Below, one piece after another: positions 11,501 through 20,263 of a stretch of 64,000 nucleotides of DNA. The stretch is from Terriglobia bacterium. Lineage in GTDB: Bacteria; Acidobacteriota; Terriglobia; 2-12-FULL-54-10. Location: NCBI GenBank assembly GCA_963666975.2, contig CAXVYR010000004.1, forward strand, positions 640,001-704,000, given 5' to 3'. Positions within the stretch are counted from its first letter, which is position 1. Each line of letters starts with the position of its first letter. The notes beneath the pieces are model-generated. The model was given only the letters and a program-made list of their open reading frames with translations, was not told where the DNA came from and ran no database searches. Both the position numbers and the translations under genes were made by a program.

Positions 11501-11919
11501 ACAGCCGAAACAGCTACTGCCGCACCTGCGAAATTCGGCCCAATTTGGCTCCGGGGGGAGATAATAACCCGGTTAGGGATGAATGGGATCCGAATGCCCC
11601 GACTCCGGAATCTGCTTACTTTGATGTGTCGAATTTTGAGGTCGTGCCAGCCAGCTACTACGGCAACTTGGGGAAGCACACCTTGACCACACCCGGCTTG
11701 ACCACAGTGGATTTCTCCATCTTTAAAATGTTCGAACTGGGCGAGGCCAAGAACCTCCAGTTCCGAGCAGAGGTCTTCAATCTGCCGAATCACCCGAACT
11801 TTGCCCGGCCGAATGCTTCCGTCTTCCGCACCAATGGTTCTGTTAACCCGACGGTAGGGAAGATTACGCAAGCTCGCACCTCCCGGCAGATTCAGTTGGC
11901 GCTCAAGTTCGAGTTCTAA
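8554..11919 (+). CDS. TonB-dependent receptor (Oar-like, N-terminal carboxypeptidase-regulatory-like domain)
   Basis: Signal peptide, 'GTISGTVTDSTGAVIPGA', 'DLPLNGRSF', 'RNQFGGTIGGPI', C-terminal 'RQIQLALKFEF'; AGGAGG RBS. Confidence 0.95.
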   Translation: MSVRRLWSVVLVCAFFIGGITWAQVTTGTISGTVTDSTGAVIPGATITLRNVETGITRTISTDAAGRYTAQQLGLGGYEVTAGSAGFQTLIRSGIEMTVGRQAVLDFALQVGAVAESVTVTGEAPLLETTNSTVADLVTEKQMRDLPLNGRSFTNLVAIQPGVVTDLGIPQGVFQGGGRMSLNGARPQQSLYLLDGTDIVAPYSNVAPVSVLFQALGVDTIREFSVLQNNYGAQYGRAVGGIMSAVTRSGTNQIHGSLFEFMRNEKLDAKNFFDSGEDSIPPFKRNQFGGTIGGPIVQDNTFFFFSYEGLRQVLGTTDFGTVFSDETRLGVITGCPPGQSSCTEEERIVADTVTVNPDIQPLIAIAPRGNGRYLNDGIQEFFGSRSQRGRESYYMFRIDQRISDNDSLFGRWTGDHSSKELTDAQFFADGSGRHTSTDDDGFYGFLTVEWTRILSPTVINIARAGFARNNNRQCMCIDGTEIGVNEISHPDYPVGMIPAQLQIIPGIPFGGPWGMPGVDIPGGHNGIGRHTEGADLDDPLHYVDNTFSFANSVRIAKAGHSVDIGVDVRRYQENALQSVWGKGGTNFRSPMRNFLTAGRPDLCLEGGESSRNCRGLNTLTTTGITGPPDSYRGFRQTYYAMFFQDDYQIRPNLTLNFGIRWESITGPTEVNQKVATILDVLNDADWTQLGDKPLFELRDGLKGFSPRFGFAYSPDQSTSIRGGFGTFREMPLLYSYQLAVFYPPFSDRLQIRSFPLDAWPNPLAGIDPAGARRQPLTVNHDYKYPYSMQWNLQIERQIGQTWVAKAGYVGTRGISLISINNLLQPAQELDDQGVPFTPRNAPSPNPAIFSTRSYGNFGDSWYNALQLRLKKRFSHGIDFNFGYTWSKNIGDTGIGLKGAETPGGDSQQVGSLWDWKILDRGLVAQDTRHNFTFNFSYDVPIGPGRFFGGNMGSVANTILGGWQLNSIFKARSGLPMTISGGGYSRNSYCRTCEIRPNLAPGGDNNPVRDEWDPNAPTPESAYFDVSNFEVVPASYYGNLGKHTLTTPGLTTVDFSIFKMFELGEAKNLQFRAEVFNLPNHPNFARPNASVFRTNGSVNPTVGKITQARTSRQIQLALKFEF

Positions 11920-12022
11920 AGCTAGGAGCAGTGACTTAAAGACAAGGTGCTTTCATGAAAGGCTAACCCCTTTGTGGAAGCACCTTTTTTATTTCAGCCT
12001 ATTGCTGAGGAGAGAAGCAATT

Positions 12023-13912
12023 ATGAGGAAAACGCTGTATGCAAGCTTGGCGATAGTTCTGGCTACTGGGTGGGGATGGGCTCAGCAAGAGAATGTTGCA
12101 GCGAAGTTAGGCTATCCCCAGATGATTGTTTACAACGGCAAGGTCGTGACCATGGACGACGCCTCGTTTGAATCACGAGTCGGGACCATTGTGCAGGCGA
12201 TGGCGATCCGGGACAGCAAGATTCTGGCGACGGGGAACAATGCAGAGATTCAGGCTCTGGCCGGGCCGCAGACGAAACAGATTGACCTCCAGGGCAGGAC
12301 GGTGCTGCCGAGCTTCATCATGACCCACGAACATCCCACCGACTGGGTCTTTATCGAGCCACGGGCTTTCCGGCACGTTCTGCCGGGGGACGATGTCATC
12401 GTCTCGCGATGGATGCCGAATGAGCCTCCCAAGCAACAGTTGGCGAAGCTGGAGCCGACGATGCGGGAGGCGGTCTCCAAGGCCAAGCCGGGACAGTGGA
12501 TTCGGGTGATCTTCAACTGGGGACCGGAATACGAATGGGCCACCGAGATGCAGCCGCTCTTTCGCAATTCCATCACCAAGGAATGGCTCGATGACATGGC
12601 CCCCAATAACCCGGTCACTGTGAAGAATGGATTCATTAATTCCGTATCCAATAGTAAAGCTGTCGAGGAATTGGCAAAGGTGCATGATCTGGAATCCTAC
12701 GATCCTGGCCCCGGCGGCGGAGGCCAAAAGGGCATTCGAGCCAGAGAAACCGGGCAATTGGGACGCCCGGTAGATCCCAATGCCATGCTCAGAGGAAAGC
12801 TCCCGGTGCTGGCTGAGCTATTGAAAGCGGAGTTGGAATTGTGGGGAAGCTACGGGATCACGACCTTTGGTTCCTCGCCCTACGCCTATCACAACCTCCA
12901 GGCCTTGGACTATTTGGACAAGCGAGGCGAGATGCCTGCCCGTTTTACCTGGGGTTATACGGGACCGACTTGGGACATAGAGACATTGCGGGTCCTGGCG
13001 GGCACATTAGGACATGGGACAGACCACCTGTGGCTTGTGGGAGCGTGGAAAGATACGGGCAGCGGTTGCATGAGCGTGCCGATGAGAGCGGAATGGGTCG
13101 AGCAAATGCGCGAGCAAGACGCGGGCTTTTCAGGGACGGGCCGCTGCAATTTCGCTCCCGGCACCGAGGGGAGAGAGATTCTGGAGCGGATCGTCGAAAG
13201 TGGCCTGCGGGTGGCCACGCTGCATACTGGCGGGGATAAGGATATCGACTACTTCATGGATGCGATCGAGCAGGCGAGCAAAAAAGCAGGTTTTACTCTA
13301 GACCAGATCCGCAGCAAGCGTCATGCCTTTGACCACAGTTCGGGTGCTCCCCGGCCAGATCAGATCCCCCGCATTAAGAACCTGGGGATGATGGTAAGCC
13401 AGATCAATACCATTTTGTGGGAGACGCACCGCGGGGCATCGATGACCGCCAAACAGTATGGGATTGAGTACACCGACTGGGTGGTGCCCCGGAAGAGTTT
13501 GACCGAGGCGGGGGTGATGACCACCTTCGAGATCGACCGGCCCTTGCCGCGCAAGGTGTTTTTCTTCATTACCAAAGGGATGAATCGGTACAACGACCGG
13601 GACCAGAGGGTCTATGGGCCGAACCAGAGGACGGACCGAATTGTCCAACTGAAGGCCCTGACGGTGTGGGGAGGCTATTACGTCTTGCGGGAAAACCTGT
13701 TGGGTACGCTGGAACCGGGTAAGTTTGCGGATTTCATCGTCCTGGATCGGGACTTTCTGACGGTCCCGGAGGCGGAGATCCCAGACACGACGGTGTTGAT
13801 GACGGTGGTGGGCGGCAAGACAGTGCATTTGGCTTCCCCGCTAGCGAGGGAGATTGGGATGCAACCAGTGGGCGCGAGCACCTGGACGGAACCGATCCCG
13901 GAGGGATGGTAA
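12023..13912 (+). CDS. Secreted amidohydrolase (Amidohydro_3/YtcJ-like), paralogue 1
   Basis: Signal peptide, 'NGKVVTMD', 'IDLQGRTVLP', THEH, 'GTLEPGKFADFIVLD', 'VLMTVVGGK'. Confidence 0.9.
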   Translation: MRKTLYASLAIVLATGWGWAQQENVAAKLGYPQMIVYNGKVVTMDDASFESRVGTIVQAMAIRDSKILATGNNAEIQALAGPQTKQIDLQGRTVLPSFIMTHEHPTDWVFIEPRAFRHVLPGDDVIVSRWMPNEPPKQQLAKLEPTMREAVSKAKPGQWIRVIFNWGPEYEWATEMQPLFRNSITKEWLDDMAPNNPVTVKNGFINSVSNSKAVEELAKVHDLESYDPGPGGGGQKGIRARETGQLGRPVDPNAMLRGKLPVLAELLKAELELWGSYGITTFGSSPYAYHNLQALDYLDKRGEMPARFTWGYTGPTWDIETLRVLAGTLGHGTDHLWLVGAWKDTGSGCMSVPMRAEWVEQMREQDAGFSGTGRCNFAPGTEGREILERIVESGLRVATLHTGGDKDIDYFMDAIEQASKKAGFTLDQIRSKRHAFDHSSGAPRPDQIPRIKNLGMMVSQINTILWETHRGASMTAKQYGIEYTDWVVPRKSLTEAGVMTTFEIDRPLPRKVFFFITKGMNRYNDRDQRVYGPNQRTDRIVQLKALTVWGGYYVLRENLLGTLEPGKFADFIVLDRDFLTVPEAEIPDTTVLMTVVGGKTVHLASPLAREIGMQPVGASTWTEPIPEGW

Positions 13913-13924
13913 CCAAAGCCTTAT

Positions 13925-14027
13925 TATTGAGGTTTACATAATATAGTGACACTTAGATTCGCTGGGCGGCCTTCTGTAGGGCTTTTGAAGCCTGTAGAAA
14001 TGTCACTATATTATGAAATGTTCAATA
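13925..14027. mobile_element. MITE-like element, about 103 bp
   Basis: Perfect 15-bp inverted repeat cataatatagtgaca (13937-13951) / tgtcactatattatg (14001-14015), extending imperfectly to tattga/tcaata; internal hairpin; no ORF. Confidence 0.6.
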
Positions 14028-14106
14028 GGAGAAAATCGTCCTTACGGACCGTTAATCGATTGGAGCAACCGGTACATTTTTCTGCATTAACACAAGGGAG
14101 GAAACC

Positions 14107-16002
14107 ATGAGGAAAGCGGGCGCGATACTGTTGGCAGTTGTTTGGTGTAGTGTTTGGGGATGGTCCCAGAATGTTAGCGTACCGGCGGTGCTGGCGAACT
14201 ATCCACAAATGATCGTGTACAACGGAAAGATCGTAACCATGGACGATGAGTCCTTCGAGCCCCGCGTCGGGACGATCGTGCAGGCGATGGCGATCCGGGA
14301 CGGGAAGATCTTCAAGATGGGGAACGATGCGGAGATACGAGCCCTGGCGGGCCCGCAGACGAGGCAGATTGACTTGAAGGGGCGAGAGGTGCTGCCGGGT
14401 TTTATCATGACGCACGAGCACCCTGTCGACTGGATGTGGACGGAACCTTTGGCCTTCCGGCATGTCTTCCCGAATGACGAGGTAGCTGTCTCGCGATGGC
14501 TGCCTAACCTGCCGGCGAAGGAACAGTTTGCGCTGTTTGAGCCAACGATGCGGGAGGCACTGGCGAAGGCAAAACCGGGTCAGTGGATCCGGGTGATTCC
14601 CAACTGGGGCCCGGACAACGAGTGGGCTGAAGAATTTAGAGGGCAACTTGGTGATATCTGGGAAACATCCATCAAGAAAGAATACCTGGATATATTGGCG
14701 CCCAACAATCCGGTCTGCATCAGTAACGGCTTTACCAGCGCTTGCATGTCCAACACGAAGGCCATACAGGAATATCGTAGTGTGCATTCAGACATGGACG
14801 CTCAAGATGAGCAATCGGGAGTGTTAGGCCGCAAGATGCCGTCCGATGTCATACTGAAGGGGAAAGTGCCCCTTTTAGCTGAGCTTCTGAAGGCTGAACT
14901 GGAGTTGTGGGCTCGCTACGGGATCACGGCTTATGGCTCCGCGCCTTATGCTTACACGAACCTGCAAGCCCTGAATATTTTGGACCAAAGAGGCGATCTG
15001 CCGGCGCGGTATGCGTGGACATGGCATGCTGCAGTAGCTCCAAAAGGGTGGGATTTAGACACACTGCGACATATGTCTGGCATGCTGGGACAAGGGTCGG
15101 ACCACTTGTGGTTTATAGGCGCTTTCGGTTCTTCTGGCGGTTGCATGTCGATCTCGCCGAGACCCGAGTGGTCGGAGAAGTGGGGAGCCAATCTGCCTCG
15201 GTATTCCTATAGCCCGGAATGCCGTAACGCTCCCGGCACGCCTGGGTATGATAGGAATGTGGCGATCGCCGAGTCCGGCCTCCGGATCGCCACAATGCAT
15301 TCCTCAGGGGACAAAGGGATTGACTACGTCATGGACGCAATCGAAGAGGGTAGCAGACGAGCCGGGTTGACGCCGGAAGAGATTCGCTCCAAGCGGCATG
15401 CGTTTGATCATGCAGCGGGAGCTCCCCGACCGGGCCAGATTCCTCGCCTCAAGAACCTGGGGATGATGACGAGCATGCTCAATACGATTCTGTGGGAGAC
15501 CCACCGGGGGGCCTCGCAGGTTGCCAGGCAGTTCGGGGTGGAATACACGAACTGGGTCGTCCCCCGCAAGAGTGTGGCGGATGCCGGAATCATGAATACG
15601 TTTGAAATAGACCGGCCGCTGCCGCACAAAGTGTTTTTCTTTGTTGCAAAAGGGATGAACCGCTATAACGACCGGGATCAGCAAGTGTACGGACCGGGGG
15701 AGAGGACGGACCGGATTACGCAGTTGAAAGCGCTGACGACCTGGGGAGGATATTATTTGCTGCGGGAAAACCTGGTGGGGAGGCTGGCACAGGGCTCGTA
15801 TGCTGACTTCATTGTGCTGGACCGGGACTTTCTGACGATACCGGAGGCGGAGATACCACAGACGCAGGTGCTGATGACGGTGGTCGGCGGGAAGACGGTG
15901 CATCTAGGCAATGCCCTGGCCAGAGAGATTGGGATGCAGCCAGTGGGGCCGAGCACCTGGGCGGAGCCGATTCCGGAAGGATGGGAGCCGAAGGCTTATT
16001 GA
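14107..16002 (+). CDS. Secreted amidohydrolase (Amidohydro_3/YtcJ-like), paralogue 2
   Basis: Same architecture as paralogue 1: signal peptide, THEH, RHAFDH, FEIDRP; GGAGG RBS. Confidence 0.9.
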   Translation: MRKAGAILLAVVWCSVWGWSQNVSVPAVLANYPQMIVYNGKIVTMDDESFEPRVGTIVQAMAIRDGKIFKMGNDAEIRALAGPQTRQIDLKGREVLPGFIMTHEHPVDWMWTEPLAFRHVFPNDEVAVSRWLPNLPAKEQFALFEPTMREALAKAKPGQWIRVIPNWGPDNEWAEEFRGQLGDIWETSIKKEYLDILAPNNPVCISNGFTSACMSNTKAIQEYRSVHSDMDAQDEQSGVLGRKMPSDVILKGKVPLLAELLKAELELWARYGITAYGSAPYAYTNLQALNILDQRGDLPARYAWTWHAAVAPKGWDLDTLRHMSGMLGQGSDHLWFIGAFGSSGGCMSISPRPEWSEKWGANLPRYSYSPECRNAPGTPGYDRNVAIAESGLRIATMHSSGDKGIDYVMDAIEEGSRRAGLTPEEIRSKRHAFDHAAGAPRPGQIPRLKNLGMMTSMLNTILWETHRGASQVARQFGVEYTNWVVPRKSVADAGIMNTFEIDRPLPHKVFFFVAKGMNRYNDRDQQVYGPGERTDRITQLKALTTWGGYYLLRENLVGRLAQGSYADFIVLDRDFLTIPEAEIPQTQVLMTVVGGKTVHLGNALAREIGMQPVGPSTWAEPIPEGWEPKAY

Positions 16003-16034
16003 GCCGAATGTTAGGTTTGCGGTAGGAGAGGAAG

Positions 16035-17948
16035 ATGAGAATAGGTCGGATAATGAGTGTGGTTTTGACTGTGGTGTTAGCCTCTGGCTTGGCCTGGTCT
16101 CAACAAGCGAATGTTGCAGCGAAGTTAGGCTATCCCCAGATGATCGTCTACAACGGCAAGGTCGTGACCATGGACGACGCCTCGTTTGAGTCGAAGGTAG
16201 GCACCATCGGGCAAGCGATGGCGGTGCGCGGGGACAAGGTATTGGCCGTCGGAACCAACTCGGAAATTCGCGCTCTGGCCGGGCCGCAAACCAAGCAAAT
16301 GGACTTAAAGGGCCGGACCGTGCTGCCCAGCTTCATCCTGACCCACGAACATCCCACCGACTGGGTCTTTATCGAGCCAAGGGCTTTCCGGCACGTTCTG
16401 CCGGGAGACGATGTCATCGTCTCCCGATGGATGCCGAACGAGCCTCCCAAGCAACAGTTGGCGAAGCTGGAGCCGACGATGCGGGAGGCGGTGTCCAAGG
16501 CCAAGCCGGGACAGTGGATTCGGGTGATCTTCAACTGGGGACCGGAATACGAATGGGCTACGGAGATGCAGCCGCTGTTTCGCAACTCCATCACCAAGGA
16601 ATGGCTCGATGACCTGGCCCCCAATAACCCGGTCACTGTGAAGAATGGATTCATTAATTCCATTGTCAACAGCAAAGCCATCGAGGAATATCGGAGTGTC
16701 CACGATGACGTCAGTTTTTACTCGACCGGGCGCCGGGGAGGCGGACGGATTCCGGAACGGGAGGCCCAGGCCGAGCGAACAGGGAACTTAGGCCGTCCCG
16801 TCGATCCGGATGCCATGCTCAAAGGGAAGCTCCCGGTGCTGGCCGAGCTGTTGAAAGCAGAGTTGGAGTTATGGGCAAGCTTCGGGATGACAACCTTCGG
16901 TTCCTCCCCCTATGCCTATCACAACCTCCAAGCCTTTCACCTTTTGGATCAGAAAGGCGAAATGCCAGCTCGCTTCGCTTGGGGTTATACGGGGCCTGCT
17001 TGGGACAAGGAGACATTGCGCGTCCTGGCAGGCACACTGGGACATGGGACGGATCACCTGTGGAATGTGGGGGTGTGGAGTGGCTCGGGCAGCGGTTGCA
17101 TGACCGTGCCGATGCGAGCGGAGTGGATCGAACAAATGCGCGAGCAAGGCGCGGACTTTGCAAGGTCGGGCCGGTGCAGTTTCGCTCCCGGTGCAGTTGG
17201 AAGAGAGATCATGGAAAGGATCATCGAAAGCGGCAATCGTATAGCCACGATGCACACGGGTGGAGACAAGGATATCGACTATTTCCTGGACGCGATTGAG
17301 CAGGCGAGCAAGAGAGCAGGCATTCCTCTGGACGAGGTCCGCGCCAAGCGCCATGCTTTTGACCACGGTTCGGGTGCTCCCCGGCCGGACCAGATCCCCC
17401 GCATTAAGAACCTGGGGATGATGGTGAGCCTGATCAACACCGTTTTGTGGGAGACGCACCGGGGGGCGTCGGTGACTGCCAAGCAGTATGGGATTGAGTA
17501 CACCGATTGGGTGGTGCCGCGGAAGAGTTTGACCGAGGCGGAGGTGATGACCGGCTTCGAGATCGACCGGCCTCTGCCGCACAAGGTGTTTTTCTTTATC
17601 ACCAAAGGGATGAATCGGTACAACGACCGGGACCAGAGAGTCTATGGGCCGAATCAGAAGACGGACCGGATCACCCAGTTGAAGGCGTTAACGGTGTGGG
17701 GAGGCTATTACGTCTTGCGGGAAAATCTGTTGGGTACGCTGGAGCCCGGTAAGTTTGCGGATTTCATCGTGCTGGACAAGGATTTTCTGACCGTCCCGGA
17801 GGATCAGATTCCAGGCATTCAAGTGCTGATGACCTCAGTGGGCGGCGAGGTGGTTCACCTGACTTCTTCGCTGGCCAGCGAGATCGGAATGCAGCCCGTG
17901 GGCGCTACCACCTGGAAGGAAGCGATCCCGGAAGGTTGGGAATACTAG
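16035..17948 (+). CDS. Secreted amidohydrolase (Amidohydro_3/YtcJ-like), paralogue 3
   Basis: Same architecture; long stretches near-identical to paralogue 1. Confidence 0.9.
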   Translation: MRIGRIMSVVLTVVLASGLAWSQQANVAAKLGYPQMIVYNGKVVTMDDASFESKVGTIGQAMAVRGDKVLAVGTNSEIRALAGPQTKQMDLKGRTVLPSFILTHEHPTDWVFIEPRAFRHVLPGDDVIVSRWMPNEPPKQQLAKLEPTMREAVSKAKPGQWIRVIFNWGPEYEWATEMQPLFRNSITKEWLDDLAPNNPVTVKNGFINSIVNSKAIEEYRSVHDDVSFYSTGRRGGGRIPEREAQAERTGNLGRPVDPDAMLKGKLPVLAELLKAELELWASFGMTTFGSSPYAYHNLQAFHLLDQKGEMPARFAWGYTGPAWDKETLRVLAGTLGHGTDHLWNVGVWSGSGSGCMTVPMRAEWIEQMREQGADFARSGRCSFAPGAVGREIMERIIESGNRIATMHTGGDKDIDYFLDAIEQASKRAGIPLDEVRAKRHAFDHGSGAPRPDQIPRIKNLGMMVSLINTVLWETHRGASVTAKQYGIEYTDWVVPRKSLTEAEVMTGFEIDRPLPHKVFFFITKGMNRYNDRDQRVYGPNQKTDRITQLKALTVWGGYYVLRENLLGTLEPGKFADFIVLDKDFLTVPEDQIPGIQVLMTSVGGEVVHLTSSLASEIGMQPVGATTWKEAIPEGWEY

Positions 17949-18161
17949 AGCGTTTTCGCAAATGGTGTAAACCACAACGCGTTGTCATTCCGAGCGCAGC
18001 GAGGAATCTGCTTTTCGCCGGGTAAGGGCCAATCCCCTTGTACAAAAGCAGATCCTTCGCGGCGTTTACCCTGAGCAACGCCGAAGGGCTCAGGATGACA
18101 GCCAAAGAGGTTGCCTGGTTCCGATGGCGGAGCGGTCTACACCATTTGCGAAAACGGTATA
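17946..18161. mobile_element. MITE-like element enclosing a REP-like palindrome
   Basis: 28-bp inverted repeat, 25/28 match: tagagcgttttcgcaaatggtgtaaacc (17946-17973) vs 18134-18161; inside, gtcattccgagcgcagcgaggaatctgctt...aagcagatccttcgc...ctcaggatgac. Confidence 0.7.
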
Positions 18162-18253
18162 AATCAAGAGACTTTTTCTTCGCGGGATGGGGAGGCGATG
18201 ATGAAACCCACTCTGTGCCTATTAGCCTTACTGTGTATAGTAGCGGCCGGCGT

Positions 18254-18419
18254 GGTGCTTCCGCAATCGACTGTTGGTGGGATCAGCATAACCTTATAAT
18301 GTTCAATATGTTGCTGGCAGAAATGGTCTTGGCAGTTCTGCCGTGTGGCAAATACAGGATAACCAAATTTGTTTGTTGGATATAGGGATGCGCTAACAAC
18401 ACAAGATTGCGGAAGCACC
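18254..18419. mobile_element. MITE, 166 bp, with 15-bp perfect terminal inverted repeats
   Basis: ggtgcttccgcaatc ... gattgcggaagcacc; AT-rich interior; second copy at 26996 and a lone end at 48156. Confidence 0.75.
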
Positions 18420-18814
18420 GAATAAATAGAATTGGTGTGAACTTTTGGACAAGCGGGTTTTATTTAAGCAAAGCCTGGTCCACCTGCACGCCCGAGGCAC
18501 CCAATGGAGTGGCACCCAATTCGAGAAGCAGATTCGCCGTAATCTCGCGCATCGCGCGCGGTTTCGCGTTAAAGGCATCCGCCAAACCCACTGTAAGGAT
18601 GTTCGACGTGATACTCAACGGCGTTTGGCCCCACTTATCCATCACGTCCATCTTGGCACCCCTGTCCACCAGAAACTGAATGATTGTATTCAATCCGCTG
18701 TATGCTGCGGCGTGCAGTGCGGTCTGGCCCACTTCGTTGGCCGCATTGACATCGGCGCCCAATTCCACAGCCAATTTGAAGGCTTCGAGAGCGCGCCTCT
18801 CCGCCGCCTCCGTG

Positions 18815-20263
18815 GAAGGTGTCCCAAACTCAGTTGCAGGTTGGGACGGCGGGTTGAGTTCATATTACGCCACTTCCTCCTTGTGAGAGGAAGCAGCGTT
18901 TGGACTTCGGCCGAGAATCGATGCCAAAGCCCAGAGATCGTGATAACCCATGATCTTCCGGAAATTCTTCTCGGTCAGCAGAAACGCTCCTGCCACCCAG
19001 CGCAACGTCATCTCGCCGTCGCGCCAGCGGCAAACATTGCCAGTCTTTTTCCGCACGCCCGACTGCGGGCTCTCGATGAGGTTCGTGGTTGCCAGGCAGC
19101 GGTGGAGGCTGGGAGGAACGTCGGCTCGATTGATCGTAAAGGTCTCCTCCAACCCTTCGCGCAAGCTGGCGGCTGCTGCCGGATGATCGCACTCGATCAT
19201 CCCAGCGAGCTTCTTTATGCGCACGATGCCTTCCTCGGCTTGGGGCAATCGCCAGGCGGCGCGCATCAGCGACCGCACCTGATTCGCCAGCATTTTGTCG
19301 CCCTTTGGTAACCGCTCAGCCACGTTGCGCAGCTTATGAGTACGGCAACGCTGCACCAGCTGATTGCTGCCGAATACTTCCTCGATCCCCGCGCGGAGCG
19401 CTTTGGCGCCGTCGATCACAAACAGATAGCGCTGATCCGTGCGCAGACCTTGCTGGCGCAGGCGGGTGAGAAGGTCTTTCACCGCAGCGGCGTTTTCGGT
19501 CGCGCCCAGTTGAATCCCCAGCACATGCTTGCGGCCCTCGCTGTCCACGCCCACGGCGCTGATGACGTGGTGGGAGCCGAACCGCATTCCGTCCAGGTAA
19601 ATCACCAGAATCTCGACCTCCTCCCAGCGCCGCGCCAACAGTTCTTCCAGCCGCCGCGCTCCTTGCTCGGCCGCTTCCCGGCTCACCTGAGACTTCGACA
19701 CCCCAGCGCTGTTGGCCATCTCCGGGATCACCTCGCGGTAGTTCCGCGTCGAAACCCCTTTCAACAGTGCCTCGAACATCTCCTCGCCCGTCTTCTCGCT
19801 TTTCCGCAGCGCTTCGTAGGCCGGCACCGCTTCTTCCCCTCCGCCCTTCCGGCGCAGCCGGGGCCGCTCCACCCGCAGCTGGCGATCGGCCAGTTTCACC
19901 CTCCCCAATTGCCGGCCATGCCAGCGCACCTCTCCGCTCGCCTTCCCGGGACTCTTTGGCCCCGCGATTTGCTCTGCGCTCATGCTCAGAATCGTTTCAA
20001 TCAAACCTCGCCCGGCCCGATCAATCACCTCATCCACCGCCAGACGCGCCTCCGTGATCAGATCCACCACCGGCAACAGCATCTGTCCGTTGGTTTGGCA
20101 AAACTTCTGGATGGTTTCTTCGGCTCCCTTGGAACCCAGTTCCAAAACGTGATATTTTCCCTTCATTCGGCGGTTCTCCTTCTATAGGATTTAGGCTTGG
20201 CCCGATTCTATTCGATTCGGGCCGAACCGCCGTTCAACCTTCAACTATGTATGGGACACCCTC
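18815..20263 (-). mobile_element. IS256-family element, copy 1 (1449 bp)
   Basis: Imperfect terminal inverted repeats gaaggtgtccca.../...tgggacaccctc; 8-bp target duplication cctccgtg (18807-18814, 20264-20271). Confidence 0.95.
18865..20166 (-). CDS. IS256-family (mutator) transposase
   Basis: 'GVSTRNY', 'IYLDG', 'FVIDGAKAL', 'QRCRTHKLRN', 'TTNLIES'. Confidence 0.95.
   Translation of the reverse strand: MKGKYHVLELGSKGAEETIQKFCQTNGQMLLPVVDLITEARLAVDEVIDRAGRGLIETILSMSAEQIAGPKSPGKASGEVRWHGRQLGRVKLADRQLRVERPRLRRKGGGEEAVPAYEALRKSEKTGEEMFEALLKGVSTRNYREVIPEMANSAGVSKSQVSREAAEQGARRLEELLARRWEEVEILVIYLDGMRFGSHHVISAVGVDSEGRKHVLGIQLGATENAAAVKDLLTRLRQQGLRTDQRYLFVIDGAKALRAGIEEVFGSNQLVQRCRTHKLRNVAERLPKGDKMLANQVRSLMRAAWRLPQAEEGIVRIKKLAGMIECDHPAAAASLREGLEETFTINRADVPPSLHRCLATTNLIESPQSGVRKKTGNVCRWRDGEMTLRWVAGAFLLTEKNFRKIMGYHDLWALASILGRSPNAASSHKEEVA

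Noticed and set aside
13925-13955. Similarity of tatattatgtaaac to a dif XerD arm
   Set aside because: No XerC arm at 6-bp spacing; better explained as one arm of an inverted repeat.
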